From a virus (taxonomy: Duplodnaviria > Caudoviricetes), in IMG/VR virus record IMGVR_UViG_3300048606_000186, positions 1 through 64,000 of that record: a stretch of 64,000 nucleotides of DNA; one strand, written 5' to 3'. Position 1 is the first letter of the stretch. Each line of letters starts with the position of its first letter. Of the stretch, positions 38,618 through 47,670 are shown in pieces. Made by a program: the position numbers and the translations under genes. Below the pieces are notes generated by a model that did not search any database, was not told where the DNA came from, and worked only from the letters and a program-made list of their open reading frames with translations.

Positions 38618-40071
38618 CCGAGCAGCGCGGCTAGTGAGGCGGGTGCTGCCGCCGGCGGCGGGCCCAACAGCGCGCCGAGGTCCAGCGCCGGCGCGGCAAC
38701 TCCGAATCGCGCGCGAATATCGCCGGCGAACTCCGGCTCGGCTTCCATCAGGATGCAGTCGACGCCTTCCGCGCGCGCCGCGGCGCCGGTGGGCCCCGTG
38801 CCAGCGAACGGGTCCAGGACCGTGCCGCCTGGCGGCGTGACGAGGCGCACCAGCCAGGCGAGCATGTCGATCGGCTTGGCGGTCGGATGGCTGCGCAGTG
38901 ACACTTCGCCCGTCTCCGGGTCGATGCAGCCGCAGCCGGGTTTGGCGCCGACGCCGTGGTCGCCGCAGATCCTGCACTGGAATATCCGGTCGCGCGCCGT
39001 CGCCTTGGCGTTGTAGCGCACTGGCGCACCATCCAGTTCGGCGATCAGGCCGGCATCGAGCAGCGCGTCGAGCTCGTCCTCGCGCTGGAAGGCGTTGAAG
39101 AAGCGCGTCGAGCTCGTCCTCGCGCTGGAAGGCGTTGAAGAAGCGGGCCGCGCTGTCCGCTGCCGGGCGCGCGGGTGCATGACGTTGTCTGGCGAGCCGC
39201 GGCGCATTTCCCCGTAGCACGTTTGGTTTTTGCGCGAATTGGAGGAGGAGGAGGGCGCGATCTGGCCGGGCGCCGAGGGGAAGAGCGCCAGCACCTCGGG
39301 CGAGGCGTCGTGCAGGAAATTGGCCGGATGGCGGCCGAGTTGACTCGTCAATGTCACTTCATCGCCTGCGCGACCAAATGACGTCGCGATGGGGGCAGCG
39401 CGCAGTTTCGTGTCGCGCAAGTGAGGGTTGTCCGCGAGATTGCCGCCGTTGATCGTCTGATGCGCCACCCGGCACCCGTCGATGTTGATCGCGCCGGCGC
39501 CGTGCCGCAACAGGTTGAGCGCGCCATTCTTCTCGGCGAACGGCCGCTGGCCGACATAGATCGGCTCGAGCCCGGGCTTCATCGACTGGGTGCCGTATTT
39601 CCAGCCCTGCCAGAATTCGGCGACCTCGGCCCCCAGGCCGGCCTTCTCGATATATTTGGCGGCGTCATAGCCCTTCGGCATGCCCTGACCGTAGAGCCAG
39701 CCCAGGAACGGGTGCATCACGAAGCCGCCCATCTCCATCGCGCAGGCCATCCAGTGGCCGGTGCGCGGGGAGCCGAACGCGATGCAATAGCCGCCGGGCA
39801 ACAGGATGTCGTGGATCAGGCGCCAGAACTCAGGGTCGCGCTCGATGCCGGTCGCGTCCCATTTCGACCCCATGAAGCCGCCGCTCGCGCGCTGGAAGGC
39901 GCCATCGCTGCCGAACTTGGCCGGAGCGGCGCCCGCCTTGCCGAACCGCTTCGCCACGCTGACCAATCCGTAAGGCGCGTCCGTGACGACGCTGTTGACC
40001 CGGACACCCTGGTCGATCAGCCGGCGCAGGTGAGCCCGGTTGTCGCCTTCGTGGAGGATGATCGAGGTCAC
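38614..40071 (-). CDS. DNA amino-methyltransferase, beta class (DPPY-like, probably N6-adenine)
   Basis: VVTDAPY, 'MPKG', 'HPTAKP', VLDPFAGTG. Confidence 0.9.
   Translation of the reverse strand: MTSIILHEGDNRAHLRRLIDQGVRVNSVVTDAPYGLVSVAKRFGKAGAAPAKFGSDGAFQRASGGFMGSKWDATGIERDPEFWRLIHDILLPGGYCIAFGSPRTGHWMACAMEMGGFVMHPFLGWLYGQGMPKGYDAAKYIEKAGLGAEVAEFWQGWKYGTQSMKPGLEPIYVGQRPFAEKNGALNLLRHGAGAINIDGCRVAHQTINGGNLADNPHLRDTKLRAAPIATSFGRAGDEVTLTSQLGRHPANFLHDASPEVLALFPSAPGQIAPSSSSNSRKNQTCYGEMRRGSPDNVMHPRARQRTARPASSTPSSARTSSTRFFNAFQREDELDALLDAGLIAELDGAPVRYNAKATARDRIFQCRICGDHGVGAKPGCGCIDPETGEVSLRSHPTAKPIDMLAWLVRLVTPPGGTVLDPFAGTGPTGAAARAEGVDCILMEAEPEFAGDIRARFGVAAPALDLGALLGPPPAAAPASLAALLG
39062..39141. repeat. 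Perfect 40-bp tandem duplication inside the MTase
   Basis: AGCGCGTCGAGCTCGTCCTCGCGCTGGAAGGCGTTGAAGA x2. Confidence 0.95.
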
Positions 40072-40234
40072 CGGCGGCGCGGTCGTGGGCCGACGCGAAC
40101 GCCGACCATCTCGGTTGCGAGGGTGAGGCGCGCTATCAGTCCTTTGCAGCTCGGTGACAGGCAGCCGCCAAGCGCGATGTCTGGTATCGCGCCGGCGACG
40201 GCTGCAAGAATGTAGGGGAGGATGCTGGGGTCGA

Positions 40235-40549
40235 TCATCCGAGGAACGCCGCCATCGGGTCCGGTACAGCCGCCGCGGGAAGCGCGATCAGCGCCGCGAG
40301 CGGGTCGGCACCCGGCGCCGGGTCTCCTGGCGCGGGCAGCGCGCCGGCGAGTGCCAGGCGCAGGTCGCGCATGCGTTCATAAACCAGTGGCGCCGGACCG
40401 CCCGATGCGCCGCGGACGCGCAGCGCCCGCAGCATTGCCTCGGCCGGGTCCGAGTCGGTCTCAACCGTCCATGGGCCGTGATCCGACTGGACGTTGGCCT
40501 GCCAGCCGCCGTTCTTCGATTCGAACAGGATCATGCGCAGGATGGTCAT
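40235..40549 (-). CDS. Hypothetical protein, paralogue of 40704-41066
   Basis: Shared 'GGWQANV...WTVET..DP.EA..RALR'. Confidence 0.6.
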   Translation of the reverse strand: MTILRMILFESKNGGWQANVQSDHGPWTVETDSDPAEAMLRALRVRGASGGPAPLVYERMRDLRLALAGALPAPGDPAPGADPLAALIALPAAAVPDPMAAFLG

Positions 40550-40707
40550 CCGCAGCCGCTCGCGATCGACGCGAGCCCGCGCGCTAACATCAAGGCAGCG
40601 CCGACGAGATCTCCCAGTGCGAGGACCGTGGCGGCGAGATGGAGCGCCCGCCCGAAGGGCGTCAGGGAAAACCAGAGGGCGAACCAGGCTGAAAGGGCGC
40701 CCGTCAT
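40546..40707 (-). CDS. Small hydrophobic protein (53 aa)
   Basis: ATGA overlaps at both ends; MTGALSAWFALWFSL... Confidence 0.5.
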   Translation of the reverse strand: MTGALSAWFALWFSLTPFGRALHLAATVLALGDLVGAALMLARGLASIASGCG

Positions 40708-41066
40708 CCGAGCAGCGCCGCAAGCGGGCTGCGCGCGACCGCGAATGCCGTATCGAGATTGACGCCGGGCTCGGCGATATTGACCGAAATGGTGATCGCG
40801 TCTTCGAATTCGGTCTGAATCTCGGGCGGCGGCGCATCGACATAGCCGTCACGCGCGACGACCTGGCGGCCGGCGATGCCGCAGCTGCGCTGACGCAGCG
40901 CCTCGCGGCTGGCGTCGACAGGATCGTAGAGCGTGACCACGGTCCAGGCATTGACGCCGGGCTCGCCCACGTTGGCCTGGAAGCCGCCGCCGTGGACCGG
41001 CCACAGGTGCAGACGCACCGGGCCCTTCATGGCGAGGTCGCGCAGGTAGGTTTCGAGGCTGCTCAT
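40704..41066 (-). CDS. Hypothetical protein
   Basis: 'GGGFQANV...WTVVT..DP.DA...ALR'; coupled operon. Confidence 0.6.
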   Translation of the reverse strand: MSSLETYLRDLAMKGPVRLHLWPVHGGGFQANVGEPGVNAWTVVTLYDPVDASREALRQRSCGIAGRQVVARDGYVDAPPPEIQTEFEDAITISVNIAEPGVNLDTAFAVARSPLAALLG

Positions 41067-41251
41067 GGAGTCGCAGCCACCGACATAAGAACCGTTTCCA
41101 GCCGCCCCAGCCAGTCGTCCATGAAGCGTTGATGCTGTTCGAACGCGAACGAGATATTGTTGGCCGCCGATTGCATCTCGCGCGCCGCGCCCGACATGGT
41201 CGATGCGGCGCGGGCTACGTCTTCCGCGCCGGCGAGGTGCATGATTTCCAC
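41063..41251 (-). CDS. Small coiled-coil hypothetical protein
   Basis: Coupled operon position. Confidence 0.55.
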   Translation of the reverse strand: MEIMHLAGAEDVARAASTMSGAAREMQSAANNISFAFEQHQRFMDDWLGRLETVLMSVAATP

Positions 41252-41252
41252 G

Positions 41253-41519
41253 TTACGCCAGCCCCAGCGCGGCTTTGTAGGCGTCGAGGATCGCCTCCGC
41301 CTCCTGGCGATCGTGCGTCTCCATGGCGCGCAGCCGGATGATCACGCGCATCGTTTTGGGGCAGTAGCCGCGGGCTTTGCCTTCGCTGAAGACGTCCTTG
41401 CGATCATCCTGCGCGGATTTGATCTCTTCATTGATCCGCTCGGCGCGCTCGATCAACAGCCGCAGCTCGTCGACTGCGATGCTGGTGCCGCTGTTATGGC
41501 CCGGTCCCGGTTCCGCCAT
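41253..41519 (-). CDS. gapR: GapR / DUF2312 nucleoid-associated protein
   Basis: 'ELRLLIERAERINEEIK...DVFSEGKARGY..KTMR.II.LR.M...R.E.EA.L..Y..ALG'. Confidence 0.88.
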   Translation of the reverse strand: MAEPGPGHNSGTSIAVDELRLLIERAERINEEIKSAQDDRKDVFSEGKARGYCPKTMRVIIRLRAMETHDRQEAEAILDAYKAALGLA

Positions 41520-41570
41520 CGTCTCAACCTTTCGTCTGGTGTTTCCAGTTAAACATGAATTAGCGGCGCG

Positions 41571-41978
41571 TCAACGGGCAATCTGGTCATCCCCGTCGAA
41601 GCCGATCACCCGGCCGTTCCTCAACCGCAGGTATTTCTGGTCGCCGGCGGCAAGGCGCACCTTGGTGCCGCGGATGTCGATGGTCACGTCGTGGGTGATC
41701 CTCGCGAGCGCGCCGCCGTCGGTCCGCACCACGCACGGCGTGCCGGCCGCGATTTCCTCGGTGCGCGAACTGCCCGGCGGACAGTTGACGATGCCACCGG
41801 GCCCCTTCAGCCTGGGATCCGGCTTTGCTCCAACATCGATATTGCCGTGTGGCAAGCGATCCGCCTTCCAGTCGGTCAGCGCGACATAGCTGCCGGTCAC
41901 CAGCGGCGCAGCGGCGATCGCGCGCACCATGCGGTGGGTGACCTCGCCTGGGCCGGATGGCAATGACGAGTCGGGCAC
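41571..41978 (-). CDS. Hypothetical protein
   Basis: ORF in the early operon; start uncertain. Confidence 0.5.
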   Translation of the reverse strand: MPDSSLPSGPGEVTHRMVRAIAAAPLVTGSYVALTDWKADRLPHGNIDVGAKPDPRLKGPGGIVNCPPGSSRTEEIAAGTPCVVRTDGGALARITHDVTIDIRGTKVRLAAGDQKYLRLRNGRVIGFDGDDQIAR

Positions 41979-41984
41979 GGTCGC

Positions 41985-42989
41985 TCAGCCGACCGCCGCG
42001 GCGCGCGCCCGGACGATCTCGACGAAGCCGTCGGTCAGCGCGGCCAGGTTTTCGAGGCTGCTGCTGTTCGGCAGCGTGTCCATCGGGACGTCGTCGAGCG
42101 CCCCTTCGCTGGCATGGCCACGGGGCGGCGCGTCGAAACCCGGCCGGATCTTGGCCGGCACGCCGCCGAGCTCGCAGACAAGGTCGAACTCGTTGGCAAA
42201 GCGCATGTCGTCGATCACGATGTCGCGGCCACCGCCGATGATTCGCCACGCGTCGATCTTAAGGCGCATGATCGCGATCCACAGGTCGGGCCTGACCAGT
42301 TCGCGGCCCCATTCGGTGCCGAGCGTCTGCTGGAGATAGCGCGACGTGAGACCGGTCCGGCCGAGCACCTGGTCGACGATCCATTTGTTGAGCGAGCAGA
42401 TGATGTAGCGCGGCGTCACGCCGAGCCCGTCGATCTCCTGGTTGGCCAGGTCGCCGTGGAGCATGCGATCGATCGTGCGCTCGTCGAATGCGAGGTCATT
42501 CAGCATCGCGCGGACCATGGCCTCGATCATGCGGGACACGACGCAAGGCGGCATGCGCATCGGGAGGCTGTCGGTCACGATTTCCTTGAGGTCGCCCTCC
42601 ACCATGCGCTCGATCATTTCGACCGGATAAGCGAGCGAGCGCAGCATCGCGCGGAGCATCTCCTTCAGCGTGCCGGCGAACTTCAGCGCCATGAAACCGT
42701 GGCGCTCGACCAGGCGACGGGCGACCTCGGATTTCCCCGAACCCATGGCCGGCGCACAGAGCGCGATCAGGATCGGGGGCGGAGGCGGAGGGGCGGGTTC
42801 CGCATAGGCGATGCGGCCGGCGGCAACGGGCCTGCGCTGATATAAGCCCCTGGCACCAGTCTCTCCGGATAGCTCGGTTCTCGCCAGACGATCGATCCGT
42901 GCGTCAATTTCATCGTCCGGCTGTGCGTAGTCCGTGGTTCGGGCTGCATCGCTGAAAACGACTGGGCAGATGGGCTCGTTCATGGCCAC
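41985..42989 (-). CDS. Deoxynucleoside monophosphate kinase (T4 gp1-like) with internal duplication
   Basis: P-loop GSGKS, 'KFAGTLKEM', 'QTLGTEWGR', 'IDDMRFANE', 'HASE'. Confidence 0.88.
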   Translation of the reverse strand: MAMNEPICPVVFSDAARTTDYAQPDDEIDARIDRLARTELSGETGARGLYQRRPVAAGRIAYAEPAPPPPPPILIALCAPAMGSGKSEVARRLVERHGFMALKFAGTLKEMLRAMLRSLAYPVEMIERMVEGDLKEIVTDSLPMRMPPCVVSRMIEAMVRAMLNDLAFDERTIDRMLHGDLANQEIDGLGVTPRYIICSLNKWIVDQVLGRTGLTSRYLQQTLGTEWGRELVRPDLWIAIMRLKIDAWRIIGGGRDIVIDDMRFANEFDLVCELGGVPAKIRPGFDAPPRGHASEGALDDVPMDTLPNSSSLENLAALTDGFVEIVRARAAAVG

Positions 42990-43332
42990 AGGCTCCAGAG
43001 GAGGAAGACAAGGATGGCGAGGCCGATCGTCTCCACACAGCCGGTGTTGCTGCGGTTGACGCGATCCTCGGGAGGTTCGGCGGGAGCATGGTCCGGCATG
43101 TCAAAGCCCCCACGGCGGCAGCAGCCTGGCCAGGAAGCTCAGGTTTTCAACGATCGACTGGACGATCACCGCGATGAGCGCCATAGCCACCGCCGGGCCA
43201 GCGCAGCCGGAACCGTTGGATCGATAAAGGCGTGCGTCGCTCATGCTGATTGCTTCGGCACGGTGGTCAGATGAACCGGTCGAACGATACCGCTTCGGTC
43301 GAGCGCGAACAGATGACCGGGATAGAGCTCGT

Positions 43333-43905
43333 TCATATCGCCACCGCCTCGCCGGTCAGCTCGGTGAAGCGCGCGGCGAACATCCGGGTGGCCGACTCCG
43401 GCCCCCAGCAATGGATTTCGATGTCGGCGGGTTCGCCGGCGACGTTCCAATCGTGGGGGACCGGGTTCATCACCGCCTCGCGCTCGGTCAGCAGGATGGC
43501 GCGGTCGGCCGCCGTGACGCAGTCGGGCTGCATGATCGGCAGATTGAAGCGTGTCGCCACGGCCTGCCAGTTGAGGAATTCGATCTCGCGATAGCCGTGC
43601 AGTTTGTATTTGAACGGCCGCCGCACGTCACCGACATAGGCCTCGGCCGCGTCGTGCATCAGGCCAGCGAAGGCGTGTTCGGGCGGAACGATGTGGCTGA
43701 CGTGGACGCTATGCTCCGCGACCGAATAGAAACGCCGGCACATGCCGTTGTAGCGACAGATCTTGCCAAGCGCCTGGGCGATATCCTCAATGAACACGTC
43801 TTCGGGTCGCGGGTCGAATGGGAAATAGGGCCTTCCGGTCCAACTGTGGGTCCAGTTGCCGCGCGCCTCCTGGCCGGCGATGCGGTTGTCGTAGCCGCCG
43901 CTCAT
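43333..43905 (-). CDS. HD-domain deoxynucleotide phosphohydrolase
   Basis: 'IEDIAQALGKICRYNG...YSVAEHSV...LMHDAAEAYVGD'. Confidence 0.88.
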   Translation of the reverse strand: MSGGYDNRIAGQEARGNWTHSWTGRPYFPFDPRPEDVFIEDIAQALGKICRYNGMCRRFYSVAEHSVHVSHIVPPEHAFAGLMHDAAEAYVGDVRRPFKYKLHGYREIEFLNWQAVATRFNLPIMQPDCVTAADRAILLTEREAVMNPVPHDWNVAGEPADIEIHCWGPESATRMFAARFTELTGEAVAI

Positions 43906-44090
43906 CGGACCATCACCAGAACGATGTAGCTCGCGATGGTCGATGCCGCGGCGATACAGAGGTGGTAGCGCCAGTCGATGGCCCGCAACCGTTCGGAAAG
44001 CGACGGCGGTTTCGGCGCCGACATCCTGGGGCCGAGCAGGATCATCGCGCGTTCGCGCGGTGTCGGCTGTGGCTTGATGCGGATGTTCAT
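43902..44090 (-). CDS. Small protein with C-terminal TM
   Basis: Coupled ORF with a hydrophobic tail. Confidence 0.5.
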   Translation of the reverse strand: MNIRIKPQPTPRERAMILLGPRMSAPKPPSLSERLRAIDWRYHLCIAAASTIASYIVLVMVR

Positions 44091-44413
44091 GCGGCCTCCA
44101 CGGTCAAAGCCTCGAGATGAAGCCGGACATCGTTGTGCACGCGCTCGTCCGCGAGGCAGGTGATGCCCGCGAGAATGTGGCCCCGCAGCTCGATTTCGCG
44201 TTCGGCGAGGCCGTTCAGGAAGGCGTCGGCGACCGGACGCGATGACGGCCCCTTAATCGAGAGCGTGAGCCGGTGACGTTCGCCGGAGAAGGTGACGCTC
44301 GCCCAAGGCCGACCGGTCGCTTCGACGACCTCCACCGTGGCACCGTCGGCGTTGGCTCGGCCGGCATCCAGGCGGAGGGCGGCGGCGAGGGCGGTGGCGG
44401 CGTCCGGTCTCAT
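44087..44413 (-). CDS. Conserved sphingomonad-type hypothetical protein
   Basis: 'RPWASVTFSGERH' motif recalled from sphingomonad proteins. Confidence 0.55.
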   Translation of the reverse strand: MRPDAATALAAALRLDAGRANADGATVEVVEATGRPWASVTFSGERHRLTLSIKGPSSRPVADAFLNGLAEREIELRGHILAGITCLADERVHNDVRLHLEALTVEAA

Positions 44414-44667
44414 GACGCGCTCCGATCAGGGTTCGGTTCTGGGTCATGGTCGGCGCGGCCAAACAGCCAAATCCCGAGTGACCACAGCCCAGCGAACGGG
44501 AGGTAGAGCAGGACAAACGGCCAGAAGCAGCAGCCAATGATGGCGAACTGACCGATGACTATTTGGCCGTGATCTGTCGGCTCTTTGCGGCCCAGATAAT
44601 GCACAGCGAAAAAAACGATGGCGCCGACAATCGCCCAGGCAGTCAAAGAGAGTTGCCACCAATTCAT
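44410..44667 (-). CDS. Two-TM membrane protein
   Basis: Hydrophobic segments 'AWAIVGAIVFF' and 'FAIIGCCFWPFVLLYLP'. Confidence 0.55.
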   Translation of the reverse strand: MNWWQLSLTAWAIVGAIVFFAVHYLGRKEPTDHGQIVIGQFAIIGCCFWPFVLLYLPFAGLWSLGIWLFGRADHDPEPNPDRSAS

Positions 44668-44806
44668 GTCAGTACCGGCGGCGCGAGGCTCATATCCGAC
44701 GCGACGGCGACCTCGACGACGACCGGTGGCAGCGTTTTGGCCATGGCGAGCGAGGAGATGCCGGTCCGCAGGGCGGCTTTGTGGAAGCGAAGGCTGTAAT
44801 CGCGCT

Positions 44807-45109
44807 TCATGCCCGCAAGGCCTTGTTGCGCCAGGCCGGATCGTCGGAGCGGCTCGGCCGGGGGCGATAGAGCTTGCTGGACCGGGGACGCCCGAGCGTG
44901 GCCGCAACGTCGCGATAGCCTTGCTCTTCGGCCTGCACCGGAGTCAGTGCAGGGTTGCGCAGCATGGCCTTGAGAGGGGCCACCGACAGAGCCGCATTGA
45001 TTCGCTTGTTCGAGACGGGCGTAAAACCCGGCTCCCGCGCGAGTTGGCGGACGCGACGCGCCTTCATTTCGGCGCGATGGGCCGCGCTACGTGGATGGTT
45101 TCGGTTCAT
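44807..45109 (-). CDS. Basic hypothetical protein
   Basis: RBS GGGGAG; operator at 45120-36 directly upstream. Confidence 0.55.
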   Translation of the reverse strand: MNRNHPRSAAHRAEMKARRVRQLAREPGFTPVSNKRINAALSVAPLKAMLRNPALTPVQAEEQGYRDVAATLGRPRSSKLYRPRPSRSDDPAWRNKALRA

Positions 45110-45138
45110 TATCTCCCCTTCCCACTAAAACATGAAAC

Positions 45139-45516
45139 TCAGATCGTCGGAACGACGCGCGGCACCTGCTGCACCTGGCCCTGCGAAGCCTCATGTTCCC
45201 GCGCCAGAGCGACCAGGGTCGCGGCGCCGAGGTTGAAGATCAGGCATACTTCGGCGAGCCGCCGCGCTTCGGGCGGCGTCAAATGCGCGGCGCCGGCGAA
45301 GCGGGCGAGGAATGTCTCGTCGCCGTGGTTCAGCCGCGCGCGCAAGGCGGCGGCGCAAATATCGATCGGCGTCTCGAGCAGTGTGCGCGGATCCTGATCC
45401 TGCGCGTAATCGGGCAGCGCGATACCGGTCGCGGACGGCGCTGTGTCGGGCGCCGTGGCGAACGAAGGAGCGGCCAGTGAGACCATGGCTGCAAGGATCA
45501 GGGTTCTTTTGCTCAT
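45139..45516 (-). CDS. Exported hypothetical protein
   Basis: Signal peptide MSKRTLILAAMVSLAAPSFA; promoter/operator at 45545-72. Confidence 0.6.
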   Translation of the reverse strand: MSKRTLILAAMVSLAAPSFATAPDTAPSATGIALPDYAQDQDPRTLLETPIDICAAALRARLNHGDETFLARFAGAAHLTPPEARRLAEVCLIFNLGAATLVALAREHEASQGQVQQVPRVVPTI

Positions 45517-45593
45517 TGCCGACTCCCTCGTTCGAAATTGCGTTATCCAGTAAAACATGAAATAGAGTCAAGCGAAAACGTCAGGCCGGCGCA

Positions 45594-46628
45594 TCATGCG
45601 ATCAACAACCAGGCGAGGCACCGATTGCGGGCGATCTCGACCGAGAAATCAGTCGGAGGTCTAACGGTGATGTTTTCGTTCAAACCCCAGCGCGGCGGGA
45701 AGAATGGTGTCGGCATCGGTGCGGAGAGCGGGCGGTATGTCTGCTTGATTTTGCTGCGGCCGGCCCTGCCTACGATATCGGGGTGTGAAGCGCGTGAATA
45801 TTTGCTGATCTCGCAGAACAGACCTTGGCAGTCGTTGAGTTGCAGCGGTCTGCCGAAAAGGCCCGGAAAATCGAGACCGAGTCGGTCGAATTCCGCATCC
45901 TGCCGGGACCACATTTCACGAATTACATCCTCGGCCGTGGCACCGCCTGTGTCGCTGAAACACTTTGAAATTCCATCCAGGGCGCCCGGTCCGGCGACGA
46001 CAAACTCGGATTCCCCAAACGCAAGCAGGCTGGAATAATTGAGGTCTAGCGCATATTGGAAGGCGAGGAAGCTTCCGAGGCCGGCATAAACATGGAGCAT
46101 CTCATAAACCTGGCTGAGTGAGGTCGCTCCAGCGATTCGACAGGGCAGACCATCGGAAAGCATCCGGCTCAACAACAACAAGTGATTTTCATGTTTTCGC
46201 GCCGCACCGAACGGTGGCGATGACATGATATATGCCGCCGAATAGATGGTTTCCCGCCTGGCCATCGCGCCAGAAAGAATCAACGCGGCGCGCTCAAGAG
46301 TTGCCTGCGTTGCCACAATAGGGCCGAGATCGGCTTCGAGCAGTTGCCAGGTCTCGATCTTATTGAAAATCTTGAACAGGAGCGTTCGGAAGAACAATTC
46401 ATCAGGCGCTTGAGAACGACCCTCGCCATATTGAACTTCGCGGATCAAATACTGGCTGATCCTGTCGGCAGCCCTGTAGGTATTGCAAAACCGCCAGTGC
46501 TGAATGATTGGGTCGTCCGTCCATGGCCCAATAGGATCAACGAGATGGCGGTAATATGCGGCCAAGCGCTCCGCCGCGAACCGCCAATAGCTGTCATAGA
46601 CGGCCGTTGGTTCAAGGTTCGCCATCAA
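45594..46628 (-). CDS. aGPT-Pplase1 / 5-hmdU DNA kinase helical-domain family protein (base hypermodification)
   Basis: 'RFCNTYRAADRISQYLIR', 'YSAAYI', 'FLAFQYALDLNY', 'GPGALDGI', 'DCQGLFCEISKY'. Confidence 0.82.
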   Translation of the reverse strand: MMANLEPTAVYDSYWRFAAERLAAYYRHLVDPIGPWTDDPIIQHWRFCNTYRAADRISQYLIREVQYGEGRSQAPDELFFRTLLFKIFNKIETWQLLEADLGPIVATQATLERAALILSGAMARRETIYSAAYIMSSPPFGAARKHENHLLLLSRMLSDGLPCRIAGATSLSQVYEMLHVYAGLGSFLAFQYALDLNYSSLLAFGESEFVVAGPGALDGISKCFSDTGGATAEDVIREMWSRQDAEFDRLGLDFPGLFGRPLQLNDCQGLFCEISKYSRASHPDIVGRAGRSKIKQTYRPLSAPMPTPFFPPRWGLNENITVRPPTDFSVEIARNRCLAWLLIA

Positions 46629-47245
46629 TAGGATTCCAGCAACGGGATGCAGCGCAGAACCTTGTCCCCCGGTGTGGCGTTCGGATCGCGCAGAACAGCC
46701 AGGGATTGGTCGATCAGGGCCTGCTTGCGGCCGGAGCCGCGGGGGCTCGGCACCGGAGCCCCCGAATAGTAAGCGGCGATCGCCTCGCGCAGCCAGGCCT
46801 GGTGATCTTCATCGCCGTGCCGCAAGGATTGGAATAGCGCTTCCGCTTCATCACCGTTGTTTGCCGTTACCGGATCCCTGGACAGACCTGACGACTCTTT
46901 GAAGGCCTGCTTGTCACGGATCCGGCGCTTCAGGTCGGGCGTATCGATGCGACGAAACTCATCATATGCAGCTGTACTAAGATCGACTTCGAGCACACCG
47001 CACAGAGCGGCGAGCGTCACCATGACACCGCCCACCTCGTTAGGAACAGATCCGATCGGTCGGGCGAACACATAATCCACCACGCGACGAGCCTCGCACT
47101 TCGTCATGCCCACAGCCTGGGCCAATTCGATCGCTTCTTCGGTAAAGCGAAAGCCTCTCAGCACCGGTGTCGTTAGATCGCATGCGCCCTCGAAGACCTC
47201 GCGCATCCAGCGCATCACGTACCACTGGAAGACTTGAATTCTCAT
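46625..47245 (-). CDS. MazG-like NTP pyrophosphohydrolase with C-terminal extension
   Basis: 'RFTEEAIELAQA...YVFARP.G...EVGGVMVTLAAL'. Confidence 0.7.
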   Translation of the reverse strand: MRIQVFQWYVMRWMREVFEGACDLTTPVLRGFRFTEEAIELAQAVGMTKCEARRVVDYVFARPIGSVPNEVGGVMVTLAALCGVLEVDLSTAAYDEFRRIDTPDLKRRIRDKQAFKESSGLSRDPVTANNGDEAEALFQSLRHGDEDHQAWLREAIAAYYSGAPVPSPRGSGRKQALIDQSLAVLRDPNATPGDKVLRCIPLLESY

Positions 47246-47670
47246 ACGACGTGCTCGGCACGCTTAGGCTCTTCCACGGTTTCACATTGCAGGCGATCGA
47301 GCAGCGCAACTCTCCCCGTTCCCATGTCGACTTGGTAAAGCTGCGGATGCGGCGCCCGCCAGTCCCCATAGATATGCTCAAGCGCGCGTTCGACACGGAC
47401 CTCGAGACAGCGACTGGAGAACGGGCCAGCCTTGCCGGTGCCGATCCATTCGGCGAGATCTTCGCCCCAGGCGAGGTGCGGCGGCAACATCTTGTGGTCG
47501 ATCGTCTTCAGGGCCAGCGCGAGCTCGTCGCGCAGCACCTCGGCATCGTGCGGCTCGAACCAGGCGATGACTTGCCAGGTGTGGCCGTGAAGGTTGCCCT
47601 GCGGCCGGCCCGTCTCGCCCCTGGGATAGTGGGCGGCACAAAATACGCCGCTGACTCCGGTGCGCTTCAT
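47242..47670 (-). CDS. QueD/PTPS-like T-fold protein lacking the canonical Cys
   Basis: 'FCAAH...NLHGHTWQV...IDH'; GN replaces the CxxxHGH Cys region. Confidence 0.72.
   Translation of the reverse strand: MKRTGVSGVFCAAHYPRGETGRPQGNLHGHTWQVIAWFEPHDAEVLRDELALALKTIDHKMLPPHLAWGEDLAEWIGTGKAGPFSSRCLEVRVERALEHIYGDWRAPHPQLYQVDMGTGRVALLDRLQCETVEEPKRAEHVV

Noticed and set aside
43333-47245. 2-aminoadenine (Z) genome pathway
   Set aside because: HD and MazG-like genes are present but no PurZ/PurA-like ORF is visible
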